Source of the DNA: an uncultured archaeon
GTDB taxonomy: Archaea > Nanobdellota > Nanobdellia > Pacearchaeales > GW2011-AR1
DNA length: 64,000 nucleotides
NCBI GenBank assembly: GCA_902386025.1
Contig: CABMHR010000001.1
Coordinates: forward strand, 35,741 to 99,740
Direction: 5' to 3'
The notes below the pieces were generated by a model. The model saw only the letters and a program-made list of their open reading frames with translations. It was not told the origin of the DNA and did not search any database. The translations under genes and the position numbers were made by a program. Below, piece after piece: positions 54,558 to 64,000 of the stretch (positions are counted from its first letter, which is position 1; each line of letters starts with the position of its first letter).

Positions 54558-55217
54558 TTATTCCTCAAAGAAATTTTTTACCAAATCAACAAAATTGTTT
54601 TTTATCTTCAAGGGAAGTTTGAAATAATTTCCAATGTATTTGGATAAATCTGGGCTTAAATCATCTCCTCGATGCGGCATTTCCACAATTTTTGAAGTTA
54701 TAGAAGAAGTTCCATTATAACCTATATCACTCTGAACAGCAAAAAGGTTTTCTAATGATTTTAATTTAGTGTAATGATAAACTTGATGAGCCAATTGCAT
54801 ACATCTTGAAATATGGTCTGGGTTAGATACAATAATCGCTTTTTCAATGTTATAGTCACAAAATATTTCTCCAGCAAATTTTATCTCTTCAAGAGTATTT
54901 TGGGATTTCTTTTCAGGAATTGAAAAAGAAAGAATATGCCTCTTCAAATCTTTTAAGTTTATATTATCAAACGGGTTAAATAAAGACATTTCATCAAAAT
55001 GTTCAAACATATATTTAATTGTATATTCTGATTCTTTTAACCCGTCTCTTTCAGAAGCACCAGTCCCAAAAACAATAACCTCTGCTTTTTCTTGATAAGC
55101 TAAAAGACAAGTTTTCAAAATTTGCCCCAATAAGCCTTCTTTCCTATCTCCCCATTGATGCAATTCCCAATTCTTTGCAAGAACATGCCTCCCATGACAA
55201 AGTATTCCCGTTTTCAT
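54558..55217 (-). CDS. DUF218/YdcF-like protein
   Basis: EVIVFGTGAS and IIVSNPDHISRCMQLA resemble the DUF218 blocks. Weak call. Confidence 0.35.
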   Translation of the reverse strand: MKTGILCHGRHVLAKNWELHQWGDRKEGLLGQILKTCLLAYQEKAEVIVFGTGASERDGLKESEYTIKYMFEHFDEMSLFNPFDNINLKDLKRHILSFSIPEKKSQNTLEEIKFAGEIFCDYNIEKAIIVSNPDHISRCMQLAHQVYHYTKLKSLENLFAVQSDIGYNGTSSITSKIVEMPHRGDDLSPDLSKYIGNYFKLPLKIKNNFVDLVKNFFEE

Positions 55218-55257
55218 AAAATTTTATTTAATACGCTTTATTTAAGAGTTATGGTAT

Positions 55258-56202
55258 TTAACTCGTGTTTGATTTTAATAGCCATTTAAAATAATCTGCT
55301 GTTTTTTTTAATCCTTCATCTAAATGTATTTTTGGCTGCCATTTTAAAAGAGTCTTTGCAAGAGTTATATCTGGTTTTCTCTGCTTTGGATCATCTTTTG
55401 GGAGTTCTTTATATTCTAATCTGCTTCTTGAATTTGTTAATTTTATGATCTTTTTAGCTAATTCGAACATTGTAAACTCTCCGGGATTTCCAAGATTAAT
55501 AGGTCCGACATTTTCAGATTCCATCATTTTATAAAGCCCTTCTACTAAGTCTGAAACATAACAAAAACTTCTTGTTTGATTTCCTTTTCCATAAATTGTG
55601 ATTGCTTCATTATTTAATGCCTGCATAATAAAATTACTAATCACTCTTCCGTCGTTTTTGTCCATACTCGGTCCGTAAGTATTAAAAATTCTTACAATTC
55701 TTACTGGCAGGTTGTATTTTCTATGATAGTCCATAAATAAAGTCTCTGCAACTCTTTTCCCTTCATCATAACAAGCTCTTGGCCCAAGAGTATTTACATT
55801 TCCCCGATAGGTTTCTTTTTGCGGATGTTCTAATGGGTCTCCATAAATTTCAGAAGTTGATGCTTGTAAAACTCTTGCTCCGTTTAATCTAGCAAATTCT
55901 AATACATTAATTACCCCAAGCGTATTTGCTTTAATTGTTTCAATTGAATCAAATTGATATGCAATCGGAGAAGCAGGACAGGCTAAATTATAAATTCGGT
56001 CAAAATGCTCTTCAATCTCAATTGGTTCTGTGATATCATGAAGAATTACTTTAAATTTAATATTTTTTTTCAAATCTATTATGTTCATATTTTTTCCAGT
56101 AAAAAAATTATCTAAACAAACCACTTCATATCCTCGTTGAAGAAGATATCTGCATAAATGGCTTCCAACAAATCCGGCACCCCCTGTAACCAATATTTTC
56201 AT
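55258..56202 (-). CDS. uxs: UDP-glucuronate decarboxylase (UDP-xylose synthase), extended SDR
   Basis: [51 protein letters not shown] and DGRVISNF. Confidence 0.85.
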   Translation of the reverse strand: MKILVTGGAGFVGSHLCRYLLQRGYEVVCLDNFFTGKNMNIIDLKKNIKFKVILHDITEPIEIEEHFDRIYNLACPASPIAYQFDSIETIKANTLGVINVLEFARLNGARVLQASTSEIYGDPLEHPQKETYRGNVNTLGPRACYDEGKRVAETLFMDYHRKYNLPVRIVRIFNTYGPSMDKNDGRVISNFIMQALNNEAITIYGKGNQTRSFCYVSDLVEGLYKMMESENVGPINLGNPGEFTMFELAKKIIKLTNSRSRLEYKELPKDDPKQRKPDITLAKTLLKWQPKIHLDEGLKKTADYFKWLLKSNTS

Positions 56203-56204
56203 TT

Positions 56205-57065
56205 TTACAAATAATTATTTTTAGAAGTAGCTCCTGTTATATTTAACCAATCTTTATTCTTTCTCACTTTCTCATTTGTTCTCCAGACTTCTTGGAGAAG
56301 ATAAGAGTCATATTCATGTTCCTGCGACAATCTTATAAGTGCTTTCAAATCTTTTGGAAAGCATTTTCCTCCAAAACCAAAATCTTCATCTGGGCCTGGG
56401 ACTTCTGTATTACTCCCTATCCTCTTATCTAATAATATCGCATTTCTAACATTACTATAATTGACTCCTGTTGCTTGACATATTTGATAAATTTCATTAG
56501 CAATCATTATTTGTGAAGCAAGAGTTACATTTGCAGCATACTTTATCATTTCTGCTTCTTTTCTTGTAACAAGGATATATTTTGCACTTGGAAAAATTGG
56601 CAGGTAAACTTCCTGCAATTGATGTGTGCTTTTTTCATCATTCGCACCGATTACAACCCTGTCTGTATTTTCCATGTCTTCAATCGCATGCTTCTCTCTT
56701 AAAAATTCAGGATTAAATGCAAATCTGAACGGATATTTATATGTAAGTCTGTCTGTTGAACCAGAAACAGCTGTGGATCTTATAACAATTAAAATATCCT
56801 GAGGGTTTCTCTCTATTTTTATCAACTCTTCAATAATTTGTTCAAGGGAATTATAGATAGAAGAATAATCTATTTCTCCTGTTATTTTCATGGGGGTTGG
56901 GACGCAAATAAAAATAACTTCTGCATTAACAACAAGATTTTTTAAATTCTGTCCGGAGTTATATTCTGGTTTGAATTTATCATATAAAAAAACTTCGTGT
57001 TTTTTTTCCAAAACCTTTGCAGTAGCCCCCCCAACAATTCCAACGCCGATTACACCAATTTTCAT
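56205..57065 (-). CDS. UDP-glucose/GDP-mannose dehydrogenase-family protein (short form)
   Basis: N-terminal [10 protein letters not shown] Rossmann motif and catalytic-Cys block [11 protein letters not shown]. It lacks a full C-terminal domain at 286 aa. Confidence 0.7.
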   Translation of the reverse strand: MKIGVIGVGIVGGATAKVLEKKHEVFLYDKFKPEYNSGQNLKNLVVNAEVIFICVPTPMKITGEIDYSSIYNSLEQIIEELIKIERNPQDILIVIRSTAVSGSTDRLTYKYPFRFAFNPEFLREKHAIEDMENTDRVVIGANDEKSTHQLQEVYLPIFPSAKYILVTRKEAEMIKYAANVTLASQIMIANEIYQICQATGVNYSNVRNAILLDKRIGSNTEVPGPDEDFGFGGKCFPKDLKALIRLSQEHEYDSYLLQEVWRTNEKVRKNKDWLNITGATSKNNYL

Positions 57066-57125
57066 AAAAAACCAATATAATTTTTACTTTTAAGGTTTTA
57101 TGTATCTCAATTATATTGTTATAAT

Positions 57126-58043
57126 CTACCTTCTTTTCTTCAAAGTTTTTTCCAAATGCCCCCAAATTCTCCCAATTCCATAGCTTAAATGTATTGTAAG
57201 AAATATGAACGGAAGAAGAAAAATCCCGTTTATATCTTGATTTTTCATCGATTCATAAATTGAAAACAATAAACCCAGAATTCCATAAAGAATCAATGGA
57301 AAAGACAGGATTATATTATTAATTCCGAATAATGTCAGTTCTAAAATGAATAGTAGATACATTGCAAACAAAGAAGGAATTAGAAAGAATGGTTTTTTTA
57401 GAGTTTCTGAAAATTTTTCCCCCAATGGCCCCACACGCCCGTAATTAAAAATCTGCTTGATTAATGCTTTTATTGTCGGCCTTCTTCTATGGTAAATAAT
57501 TAAATCGGGGCTGTAGGCAACTTTAAATCCTGCGTTTTTTGATTCCCTTATAAATTTTGGATCTTCTCCAGGCCACAAGTTAGTATCAAATTTAATCTTG
57601 TCCATTACTTCTCTTCTGCAAAACATAATTGCCGTTGTCAAATAAGTTTCATCTGCATTTAAGTTCAATTTCTTTTTTTCATATCTGTTTGAAGTATTCC
57701 ACCCTCCAAATTTTGAGCTTAATGCATAGCCGGAGATTTTTGCAAATCCTTTTTCATCCAAGGGGGTTAATTGCGGCCCACCAACAATGTCTATTTCCGG
57801 ATGTTCTTTAAAGAATTTTTCAGCATTGTTTAATAAATCATTATTAATAATTCCGTCATCATCAAGAAAAACAAGAATCTTCCCCCTGCTTTTTTCAAAA
57901 CCCCTGTTCCTATTTTCAGATGCATTTGTACCGTTTTCAACAATTATTTCATATTCTTTTTTTGGAAAATCCAGCTTGTTAATGCTCTCTAATATCTCTG
58001 CATTTCTATACGGGGCAACAGGGATGATTAATGAAAATTTCAT
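57126..58043 (-). CDS. family 2 glycosyltransferase with C-terminal TM helices
   Basis: SLIIPV...NRNRG......ILVFLDDDG (DxD) and a later GEDP. Confidence 0.8.
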   Translation of the reverse strand: MKFSLIIPVAPYRNAEILESINKLDFPKKEYEIIVENGTNASENRNRGFEKSRGKILVFLDDDGIINNDLLNNAEKFFKEHPEIDIVGGPQLTPLDEKGFAKISGYALSSKFGGWNTSNRYEKKKLNLNADETYLTTAIMFCRREVMDKIKFDTNLWPGEDPKFIRESKNAGFKVAYSPDLIIYHRRRPTIKALIKQIFNYGRVGPLGEKFSETLKKPFFLIPSLFAMYLLFILELTLFGINNIILSFPLILYGILGLLFSIYESMKNQDINGIFLLPFIFLTIHLSYGIGRIWGHLEKTLKKRR

Positions 58044-58123
58044 ATTTTAATCCATTTATCCTCATTTAAAAAGTTACTGAAACATTCCTTCATTAATTTT
58101 AAAAGTCAGCCAAATTTAATAGT

Positions 58124-59641
58124 TTGATGGATAACATTTCAAATTCTTCCGAGATAAAAGGGCAGATTATTCAAAATAGTTTTTGGAATGTTACAGGCAG
58201 CATTATAAATCGAGTTGGTGGGTTTATTTTAATAATTCTTCTTTCTAGAATTTTAATGCCAGAGGGTTTTGGAAGATATTCAATCGCAATGACTATCTCG
58301 TTGTTTTTTATAACATTTTCAGATATGGGGATTAATCAGACTTTGATAAGATATGTCTCTCTTGGAATTAATAAAAAAAACAGCAAATCTTCTGCTTATT
58401 TTAAATATTTGTTCAAAATAAAATTCATTGTAACTATTTTACTTTCTGGATTTTTAATCCTTGTTTCTTATCCTCTGTCTGTTTATATCTTTAGAGACTT
58501 TAATCTTTTTATCCCTTTGCTGATAATGGGATTTTATGTCTTTCTTATCTCTTTAATAAGTTTTTTAGAAGCATTATTTTTTATAGGGAGAAATATCAAG
58601 TACGTATCGATAAAAGAATTTGTATCCCTAATTATAAAAACGGGAATTGTCCTTGCAATTGGGTACATAGCCAGTTCAGATTATGAATTAATTGGATTAT
58701 TCCTGCTGTTCGTTCTCCTTTCAATATTAGTATTATTCTTTTATTTTTATCTTACAAAACGCATTTACCCCCAGTTATTTGAAGATAAATTAAATAAGAT
58801 TGATAAGAAAGAAATCAAGAAGTCTATTCTCTCTCTTAATGTCCAAAACATATCTGTGATGATTATTTATCAAGCAGGCATTATCCTTCTAGGAGCATTC
58901 TTGGCAGAAAAGTATGTTGGTTATTATAACTCTTATCTAGTTCTTGTTACAAGTATCTCTGGTTTATTTTCCTTTTCTTATGTATTTCTCCCGATAATGA
59001 CAAATCTTAAAAAAGAAAAATTTAAGAGCTTTCTAAAGAAGATTTTTAGACTATTTTTTATAATTCTGCTTCCTTTATCTTTCGGTTTGTCTGTTTTGTC
59101 TAGATATTTTATTACTACTCTTTATGGGGAAGGTTATCTTTCTGCATGGGTTTCACTGAGTATACTTGCTTTTTTAATCCCCTGTCTTTTTGGGATAGAC
59201 CTCTCATTATCTATTTTTTCTTCAAGAAACAAACAGAAAATCTTTTCTAAAATTATGGTATTTTCTGCAGGATTATTTTTAGTATTAAGTTTTATAATCA
59301 TAAAAATTTTACTGAAATTTTCAGGAGAAGCTGCAGTAATAGGAATATCTGGGTTAACCTTAATCATCTGGATTTTTTGTTTTATCTCTTCAATACGATT
59401 GATGAAGAAAGAATTCAATGTGAACATTCTATCTTCTTGGATATTCAAGCCTTTATTTTCTTGTATCATTATGTCTATTTTCCTGCATCTCTTCTTAAAC
59501 TACCTTGGACACATGGATTTAACAAAAGGGCTTTTAGTTATCCTATTTGGAGCATTAGTTTACTTTTTCTTGATGGTTTTAACAAAGGGAATAAATAAGG
59601 AGGATTTTTTTCTTCTAAAAAGAATTTGTAAATTAAAGTGA
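58124..59641 (+). CDS. Wzx/MOP-family oligosaccharide flippase
   Basis: 505 aa with about 12-14 TM helices. The N-terminal N..WN..G.I..R..GF pattern is typical of polysaccharide biosynthesis (Wzx) proteins. Confidence 0.7.
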   Translation: MMDNISNSSEIKGQIIQNSFWNVTGSIINRVGGFILIILLSRILMPEGFGRYSIAMTISLFFITFSDMGINQTLIRYVSLGINKKNSKSSAYFKYLFKIKFIVTILLSGFLILVSYPLSVYIFRDFNLFIPLLIMGFYVFLISLISFLEALFFIGRNIKYVSIKEFVSLIIKTGIVLAIGYIASSDYELIGLFLLFVLLSILVLFFYFYLTKRIYPQLFEDKLNKIDKKEIKKSILSLNVQNISVMIIYQAGIILLGAFLAEKYVGYYNSYLVLVTSISGLFSFSYVFLPIMTNLKKEKFKSFLKKIFRLFFIILLPLSFGLSVLSRYFITTLYGEGYLSAWVSLSILAFLIPCLFGIDLSLSIFSSRNKQKIFSKIMVFSAGLFLVLSFIIIKILLKFSGEAAVIGISGLTLIIWIFCFISSIRLMKKEFNVNILSSWIFKPLFSCIIMSIFLHLFLNYLGHMDLTKGLLVILFGALVYFFLMVLTKGINKEDFFLLKRICKLK

Positions 59642-59650
59642 TTTTATCTT

Positions 59651-60691
59651 TTAGATAAAATTATCATGGGGGTGAGGATTTTTTATTCTATAAAGATATT
59701 TGTTGCACACATCCAGCTTGCATCCTTTTCCGCATTCAGAAAGCTTTATCTTTGCCGAAACTTCTTTTCTTTTATCTCCCTGCCAGATATCACTAAAACT
59801 TTGCTGGTGTATGTTCCCGTAAATGAATTCTTCACTATTATAAAATCTATTGCAAGGGAGAACATTTCCTCTTGAATCAATTAAACTAAAAAATGAAAGT
59901 CCATAACATCGGGGATATGTAATCCCCTCTTCTAATCTTTCTATTGTTTCTTTTCTGAACAATACTTCAAAGGTATCTGAATTAAGTTTCTTTATTTCTT
60001 CAAGTTTATCATATTCTTTTTTATCTAATTCAAAAAAGTTTTTAGTCTTGGGGTGATGTGAATAAGGTTTAAGTTGCAAATTATCTGCTCCTATATTTTT
60101 TAGAATCTCTGCAAGTTTAAGTATCTCGTCTATATTATCTGGGAGCATTACTATTTGTACGCCTATTGTAGTTTTTAACCCATTTTCATTTCTAAACCTA
60201 ACCGCTTGCTTTATATTATCAATGACTTTTTCAAAATCAGTCAGATTTGTCTGATGAAGAAATGAATAAGTCTCTGGACTTCCGGCATTAACGCTAAATC
60301 TTATCCACGAGAGATTTGGGAGGCATTGTTCCATCTTTTCTTTTGTAAATGCAACTCCATTTGTTGTAATTGAAACGTCTAGCCCATATTCTTTTGCTTT
60401 CTGGACAAAAAGCCCAATATCCTTATGTAATAATGATTCTCCTTCTCCTGCAAACATCACAGATTTAACCCCATGCTCTGCCATATCTTTTAAGGTAGAT
60501 ATCATTACATCTCGATCTATTTCTTGGATGCCGTGTTTTAACCAATCAAGAGCACAAAATTTACACCGATGATTACAATTATTTGTAGGGCCTATTTCAA
60601 CATAAATAGGAAAACAATCCCCTTTTTCTGACCATTCATCAACCCTTTTTGGATGATACATCAACTTGTGATTATCTACATTGATTTTCAT
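59651..60691 (-). CDS. radical SAM enzyme (possible SPASM-type C-terminus)
   Basis: Canonical CNHRCKFC (CxxxCxxC), GEGESLL glycine motif and additional C-terminal Cys (CGKGCKLDVC). Confidence 0.8.
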   Translation of the reverse strand: MKINVDNHKLMYHPKRVDEWSEKGDCFPIYVEIGPTNNCNHRCKFCALDWLKHGIQEIDRDVMISTLKDMAEHGVKSVMFAGEGESLLHKDIGLFVQKAKEYGLDVSITTNGVAFTKEKMEQCLPNLSWIRFSVNAGSPETYSFLHQTNLTDFEKVIDNIKQAVRFRNENGLKTTIGVQIVMLPDNIDEILKLAEILKNIGADNLQLKPYSHHPKTKNFFELDKKEYDKLEEIKKLNSDTFEVLFRKETIERLEEGITYPRCYGLSFFSLIDSRGNVLPCNRFYNSEEFIYGNIHQQSFSDIWQGDKRKEVSAKIKLSECGKGCKLDVCNKYLYRIKNPHPHDNFI

Positions 60692-60767
60692 ATTATACCC
60701 TAAAAGAAGAAGCTTAAAAAGATTTATGTATTTAAAGTAAGTAACATCTTGGAATAAATTGAATAGA

Positions 60768-61280
60768 TTATTTAATCTTATTTTTTATATATTTAATTAT
60801 CTCCGTAGTTGAGAGTTTTTCAGCGGAGGTGTAATATATTTTCCCTCCGTAAGATTTCATTATTTCTATCTGTTGATTCAGGACAGAATCGTTCTTATAA
60901 ATATAATCTGGCCCCTTAAAATAAAAATCGGGTTTAATAATTTCGATTATGTTTGCAGAGCCGTCATGCAAAATAACATAATCAACTGATTTTAATCTGC
61001 TTATCATAAATGCTCTTAATTGTTCGGAAAAGATGGGTCTGCCGGAATTAGGTTTTTTTTTGGAACTGAAACTATCCAAGGCTATTGCAACAACGAGAAT
61101 ATCACAATTTTTTTTGGCTTCTTCTAAATGCGTTATGTGCCCCGGATGAAGGAGGTCAAAACTCCCAGTGCACAATCCAATTTTTTTACTTTCTTTTCTT
61201 AACCTTTCCAATCTTGTAAGGAGTTCCTTTTCAGAGAGGATATTTTCTGAAATATATCCTGATGATTTTGATTCTATCAT
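60768..61280 (-). CDS. cytidylyl/adenylyltransferase (RfaE domain II/TagD-like)
   Basis: GSFDLLHPGHITHLEEAKK (HxGH nucleotidyltransferase motif) and a C-terminal ST.EII segment. Confidence 0.8.
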   Translation of the reverse strand: MIESKSSGYISENILSEKELLTRLERLRKESKKIGLCTGSFDLLHPGHITHLEEAKKNCDILVVAIALDSFSSKKKPNSGRPIFSEQLRAFMISRLKSVDYVILHDGSANIIEIIKPDFYFKGPDYIYKNDSVLNQQIEIMKSYGGKIYYTSAEKLSTTEIIKYIKNKIK

Positions 61281-61342
61281 CTTTTTGAGAAATAATTAGA
61301 ATTTAAAAAACTTATTCTGTCGCAATATTTATAAAAGGTAGG

Positions 61343-62239
61343 ATGTACTTAAAAAAAATGAATAAAAAAGATTTTTTGGAGAGATGGTTCAATGCTCTTG
61401 AAGCTTATGACACCCCTAGAGAATTTGTATCTTCAACTTATTCTAAAAAAGGAGATATCTTTTTTGGAGGAATCAATTACCCTGTAATATACACTATTGC
61501 TCCAAATAATGAACAGAGAAGAGAACTTATGAATAAACAAATACCCTATACTCCCAAAAAAAGTGTGGCAGATTATGGATTGAGGCTTGATATCAAAGAA
61601 TGTTTTCTATGTCATAATATTGTTCAAGCAATAGATGCTCAAGAATTTCCAAGTGAAATAAAAAATAATCTTATCTTAAAATCTGGAGAGAATTTTGTTA
61701 TGCCAAATAGATATCCTTCTCAAGCAGGACATTCATTATTAATCCCAAAGAATCACGACGACTTCTCAAATAGGGTAATCCCTAAAATAGATAATAATAG
61801 AAGAAAAATTTACATTCCAGAATATGGAAAAACAAGAGGGGAGATCATTACAGAAAGTTCATTAGCAGAGATTTTGGAATGCTTTGATAAATATAATTTT
61901 AAAGCATTAAAAAATCATGTTTTAGATAGTATGAGCATACCTGGACACGATCACTGGCATATATTTTTAGATGATTCCCCTTCTTTATCCCTATTAAAAA
62001 AGCTTACTAAAGATGCCAAAAAAACCTCTTTTGGACAATCAATTTATCTTTTAAGAAATACTCCCTTTGATACCCTTTTGATTAAAGAAGAAAATCCAGA
62101 AAATATAATCCATCCCGCTGTAAAAATTTTAGAAAAAATGGAAAAATCAGATGAAATCTTTACATTAGCATATTATAAGGGGCATCTTTTAATCTCTCCT
62201 AGGAATTCTAAAAATTTGACAATACTTTCCATCAAATAG
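61343..62239 (+). CDS. HIT-superfamily (GalT/Ap4A-phosphorylase-like) nucleotidyltransferase
   Basis: CFLCH, PNRYPSQAGHSLLIPKNH and histidine triad-like GHDHWHIF. Confidence 0.45.
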   Translation: MYLKKMNKKDFLERWFNALEAYDTPREFVSSTYSKKGDIFFGGINYPVIYTIAPNNEQRRELMNKQIPYTPKKSVADYGLRLDIKECFLCHNIVQAIDAQEFPSEIKNNLILKSGENFVMPNRYPSQAGHSLLIPKNHDDFSNRVIPKIDNNRRKIYIPEYGKTRGEIITESSLAEILECFDKYNFKALKNHVLDSMSIPGHDHWHIFLDDSPSLSLLKKLTKDAKKTSFGQSIYLLRNTPFDTLLIKEENPENIIHPAVKILEKMEKSDEIFTLAYYKGHLLISPRNSKNLTILSIK

Positions 62240-62362
62240 GAGCATCAAGCCCAATACACTATTTTTCTAAAGAAGATGGTTCAGATATAAAATTAGCAAA
62301 AGAATTTATACCTTTAAAGAGCCAATTTAATTGGGGAAAATTTATTGATTAATGCAACTTTC

Positions 62363-63352
62363 TTATTCCTTGTGAATATACTCTAATGGCTGAGTTTTAA
62401 TTACTTCCCAATTTTTATTAACCCATTCAATGCATTCATCAATCCCATCATCGAGTCTTATTCTCGGATTCCAATTCAATTTTTCTCTAATTTTTTTTGA
62501 GTTTATTAAATATTCTTTGTCTTGCCCCCCTACTCTTTCTTCAGTGATTTCAACTGCATCTTCAAAGGAAATATTCATTTTTTTGCAGATTATTCTAACT
62601 ATTGATTCAATACTATATGTAATCTCTGAAGAAAGATGATAAACTTCCCCAACTTCCCCCCTTTCCATAACCTTTAAGGTTCCATCACAATTGTCTTTTA
62701 TATTTATAAAAGATCTTATTGCTTTTCCTCCCCCCTGTAATTGAATTTTTTCACCTTTTTTTATCTTTATTATGGATATAGGAATTATTCTATACAACTG
62801 CTGCCCTGGCCCATAAACATTTGCGGATCTTGTGAAAACTGCAGGAAAGTTAAATTGTTTTACAATTGATTGTATAAACATATCTGCAGATAACTTTGAA
62901 GTTGCATAGGGGGAAGTTGGATTGTAGGGGGCATCTTCAGAAACATTTTTGCATGAACCATAAATCTCTGGGGTAGAGACTTGAACATATTTTTTTATTT
63001 GAGGCATTCTTCTTAATTTGTCAATCAATGCAACTATAGCTAAAGTATTTGTTTTAAACCATTGAACAGGATTTCCCCAGCTTTGTCCAACCATTCCCTG
63101 AGCAGCATAATTTACAACATAGCTTATTTTCTCTTTCTCTAATAGTTCTGTTATCTCTCCTAAATTATTATTTAAATCAAACTGGTAAAATTTAAATCTT
63201 TCAGATTTTCTCTCTTTGTATGGAAGAAAGATTGAATTTGGTTCGGGGGAACGACTTATCCCAATTACCCCATAATCTGTTTTTTCCAAAAGATAATCAA
63301 CAAAATGGCTTCCTGAAAAAGAATTACTTCCAATTACTGCAACTTTTTCCAT
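62363..63352 (-). CDS. NAD-dependent sugar-nucleotide epimerase/dehydratase (extended SDR)
   Basis: VIGSNSFSGSHF Rossmann variant and catalytic YATSK. Confidence 0.8.
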   Translation of the reverse strand: MEKVAVIGSNSFSGSHFVDYLLEKTDYGVIGISRSPEPNSIFLPYKERKSERFKFYQFDLNNNLGEITELLEKEKISYVVNYAAQGMVGQSWGNPVQWFKTNTLAIVALIDKLRRMPQIKKYVQVSTPEIYGSCKNVSEDAPYNPTSPYATSKLSADMFIQSIVKQFNFPAVFTRSANVYGPGQQLYRIIPISIIKIKKGEKIQLQGGGKAIRSFINIKDNCDGTLKVMERGEVGEVYHLSSEITYSIESIVRIICKKMNISFEDAVEITEERVGGQDKEYLINSKKIREKLNWNPRIRLDDGIDECIEWVNKNWEVIKTQPLEYIHKE

Positions 63353-63384
63353 AGGGGTTAATCGCCTGTATTCTTTTTAAAGAT

Positions 63385-64000
63385 TTATCTTCTCTTCTTA
63401 TTTTTTGATACTTTTTCCATAAATTCTTCAAATCGATTTACATTCTTTTCCATTAGAAAATCTTTCCTTGCGTTAATTATATTTTTTTCTATCTTTTTCA
63501 TATCCAATTTAGATATTATCTTTTTAATATTCTTCATCTGTTCTTTATCTTCGAGATTATAACTGACTGCAATGCCATAATCGTGCCCAAGTTTGTTAAC
63601 AAATTTGTAGGAACTATTGGAAATAAGAGGTATCCCTGCTTCAAGATAACTTGCTAATCTATTTCCTGTAGCCATGTCTGGTTCAATATTTCCTTCTCTT
63701 TTCTCTGGGGAAGTCCACATGCCAAAGTCATACTTAGAAATTTCTTTACTTAACATATTCGGTTCAACAGGATCGTGATAATGAAAGAATTTAGATGTTA
63801 TAAGTTCTTTATAGTCCCTAGTAAAAGCGGAATCTTCTGTGAAAAATTTCCTTACCTGTTCATTTGAACCAGAATTTGGTATAGAATAAAGATGTATGTG
63901 GATTCCTGCTTTAACAAACGGAACAAAATTATCAAATACCGAAGTTTCTCCCCCAGGACCAACTGCCCCCATAGAGTTTACAAAAACAATGTGTATTCCT
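63385..64000 (-). CDS. glycosyltransferase-like protein, 5'-partial (runs off window)
   Basis: The frame stays open beyond 63972 to the window edge. The C-terminal half resembles a GT-B (group 1) fold: E.G.P...S and a basic tail. Weak call. Confidence 0.35.
   Translation of the reverse strand, partial: GIHIVFVNSMGAVGPGGETSVFDNFVPFVKAGIHIHLYSIPNSGSNEQVRKFFTEDSAFTRDYKELITSKFFHYHDPVEPNMLSKEISKYDFGMWTSPEKREGNIEPDMATGNRLASYLEAGIPLISNSSYKFVNKLGHDYGIAVSYNLEDKEQMKNIKKIISKLDMKKIEKNIINARKDFLMEKNVNRFEEFMEKVSKNKKRR

Overview
AT-rich archaeal chromosome fragment. The archaeal assignment rests on PolD DP1/DP2, Orc1/Cdc6 beside an ORB-bearing origin, r-proteins L18e/L21e, RNAP subunits D/F/N, RNase P Rpp21, split Hef, a stand-alone 5S rRNA and an intron-bearing tRNA. 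Small tightly packed genes suggest a DPANN-like lineage, which is an inference. Layout: (1) 0.3-11.6 kb is a type IV filament locus with an A24 prepilin peptidase, nine tandem prepilin-like genes, a FlaJ/TadC-like platform and a secretion ATPase. One prepilin-like gene carries a lytic transglycosylase domain and another a glycine-zipper tail. A RelE-type TA pair interrupts the locus. (2) 12-25 kb is housekeeping: PRC-barrel protein, split Hef, agmatinase, M16 peptidase, Rmt/FmrO-like methyltransferase, DRG GTPase, TyrRS. (3) 25.8-34.6 kb is a co-directional string oriC-cdc6-DP1-DP2 followed by a TcmP-like/radical-SAM-like pair. (4) 34.6-40.4 kb is a mobile-element-like island with HTH proteins, palindrome arrays and a Xer-HNH-recombinase-domain cassette. 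(5) 40.7-45.7 kb holds r-protein/RNAP operons. (6) Next come a MacB-type ABC transporter, 5S rRNA, four tRNAs (two with odd anticodon loops) and SecDF. (7) 54.5-64 kb is a glycan biosynthesis cluster. All calls come from reading motifs by eye; no searches were run.
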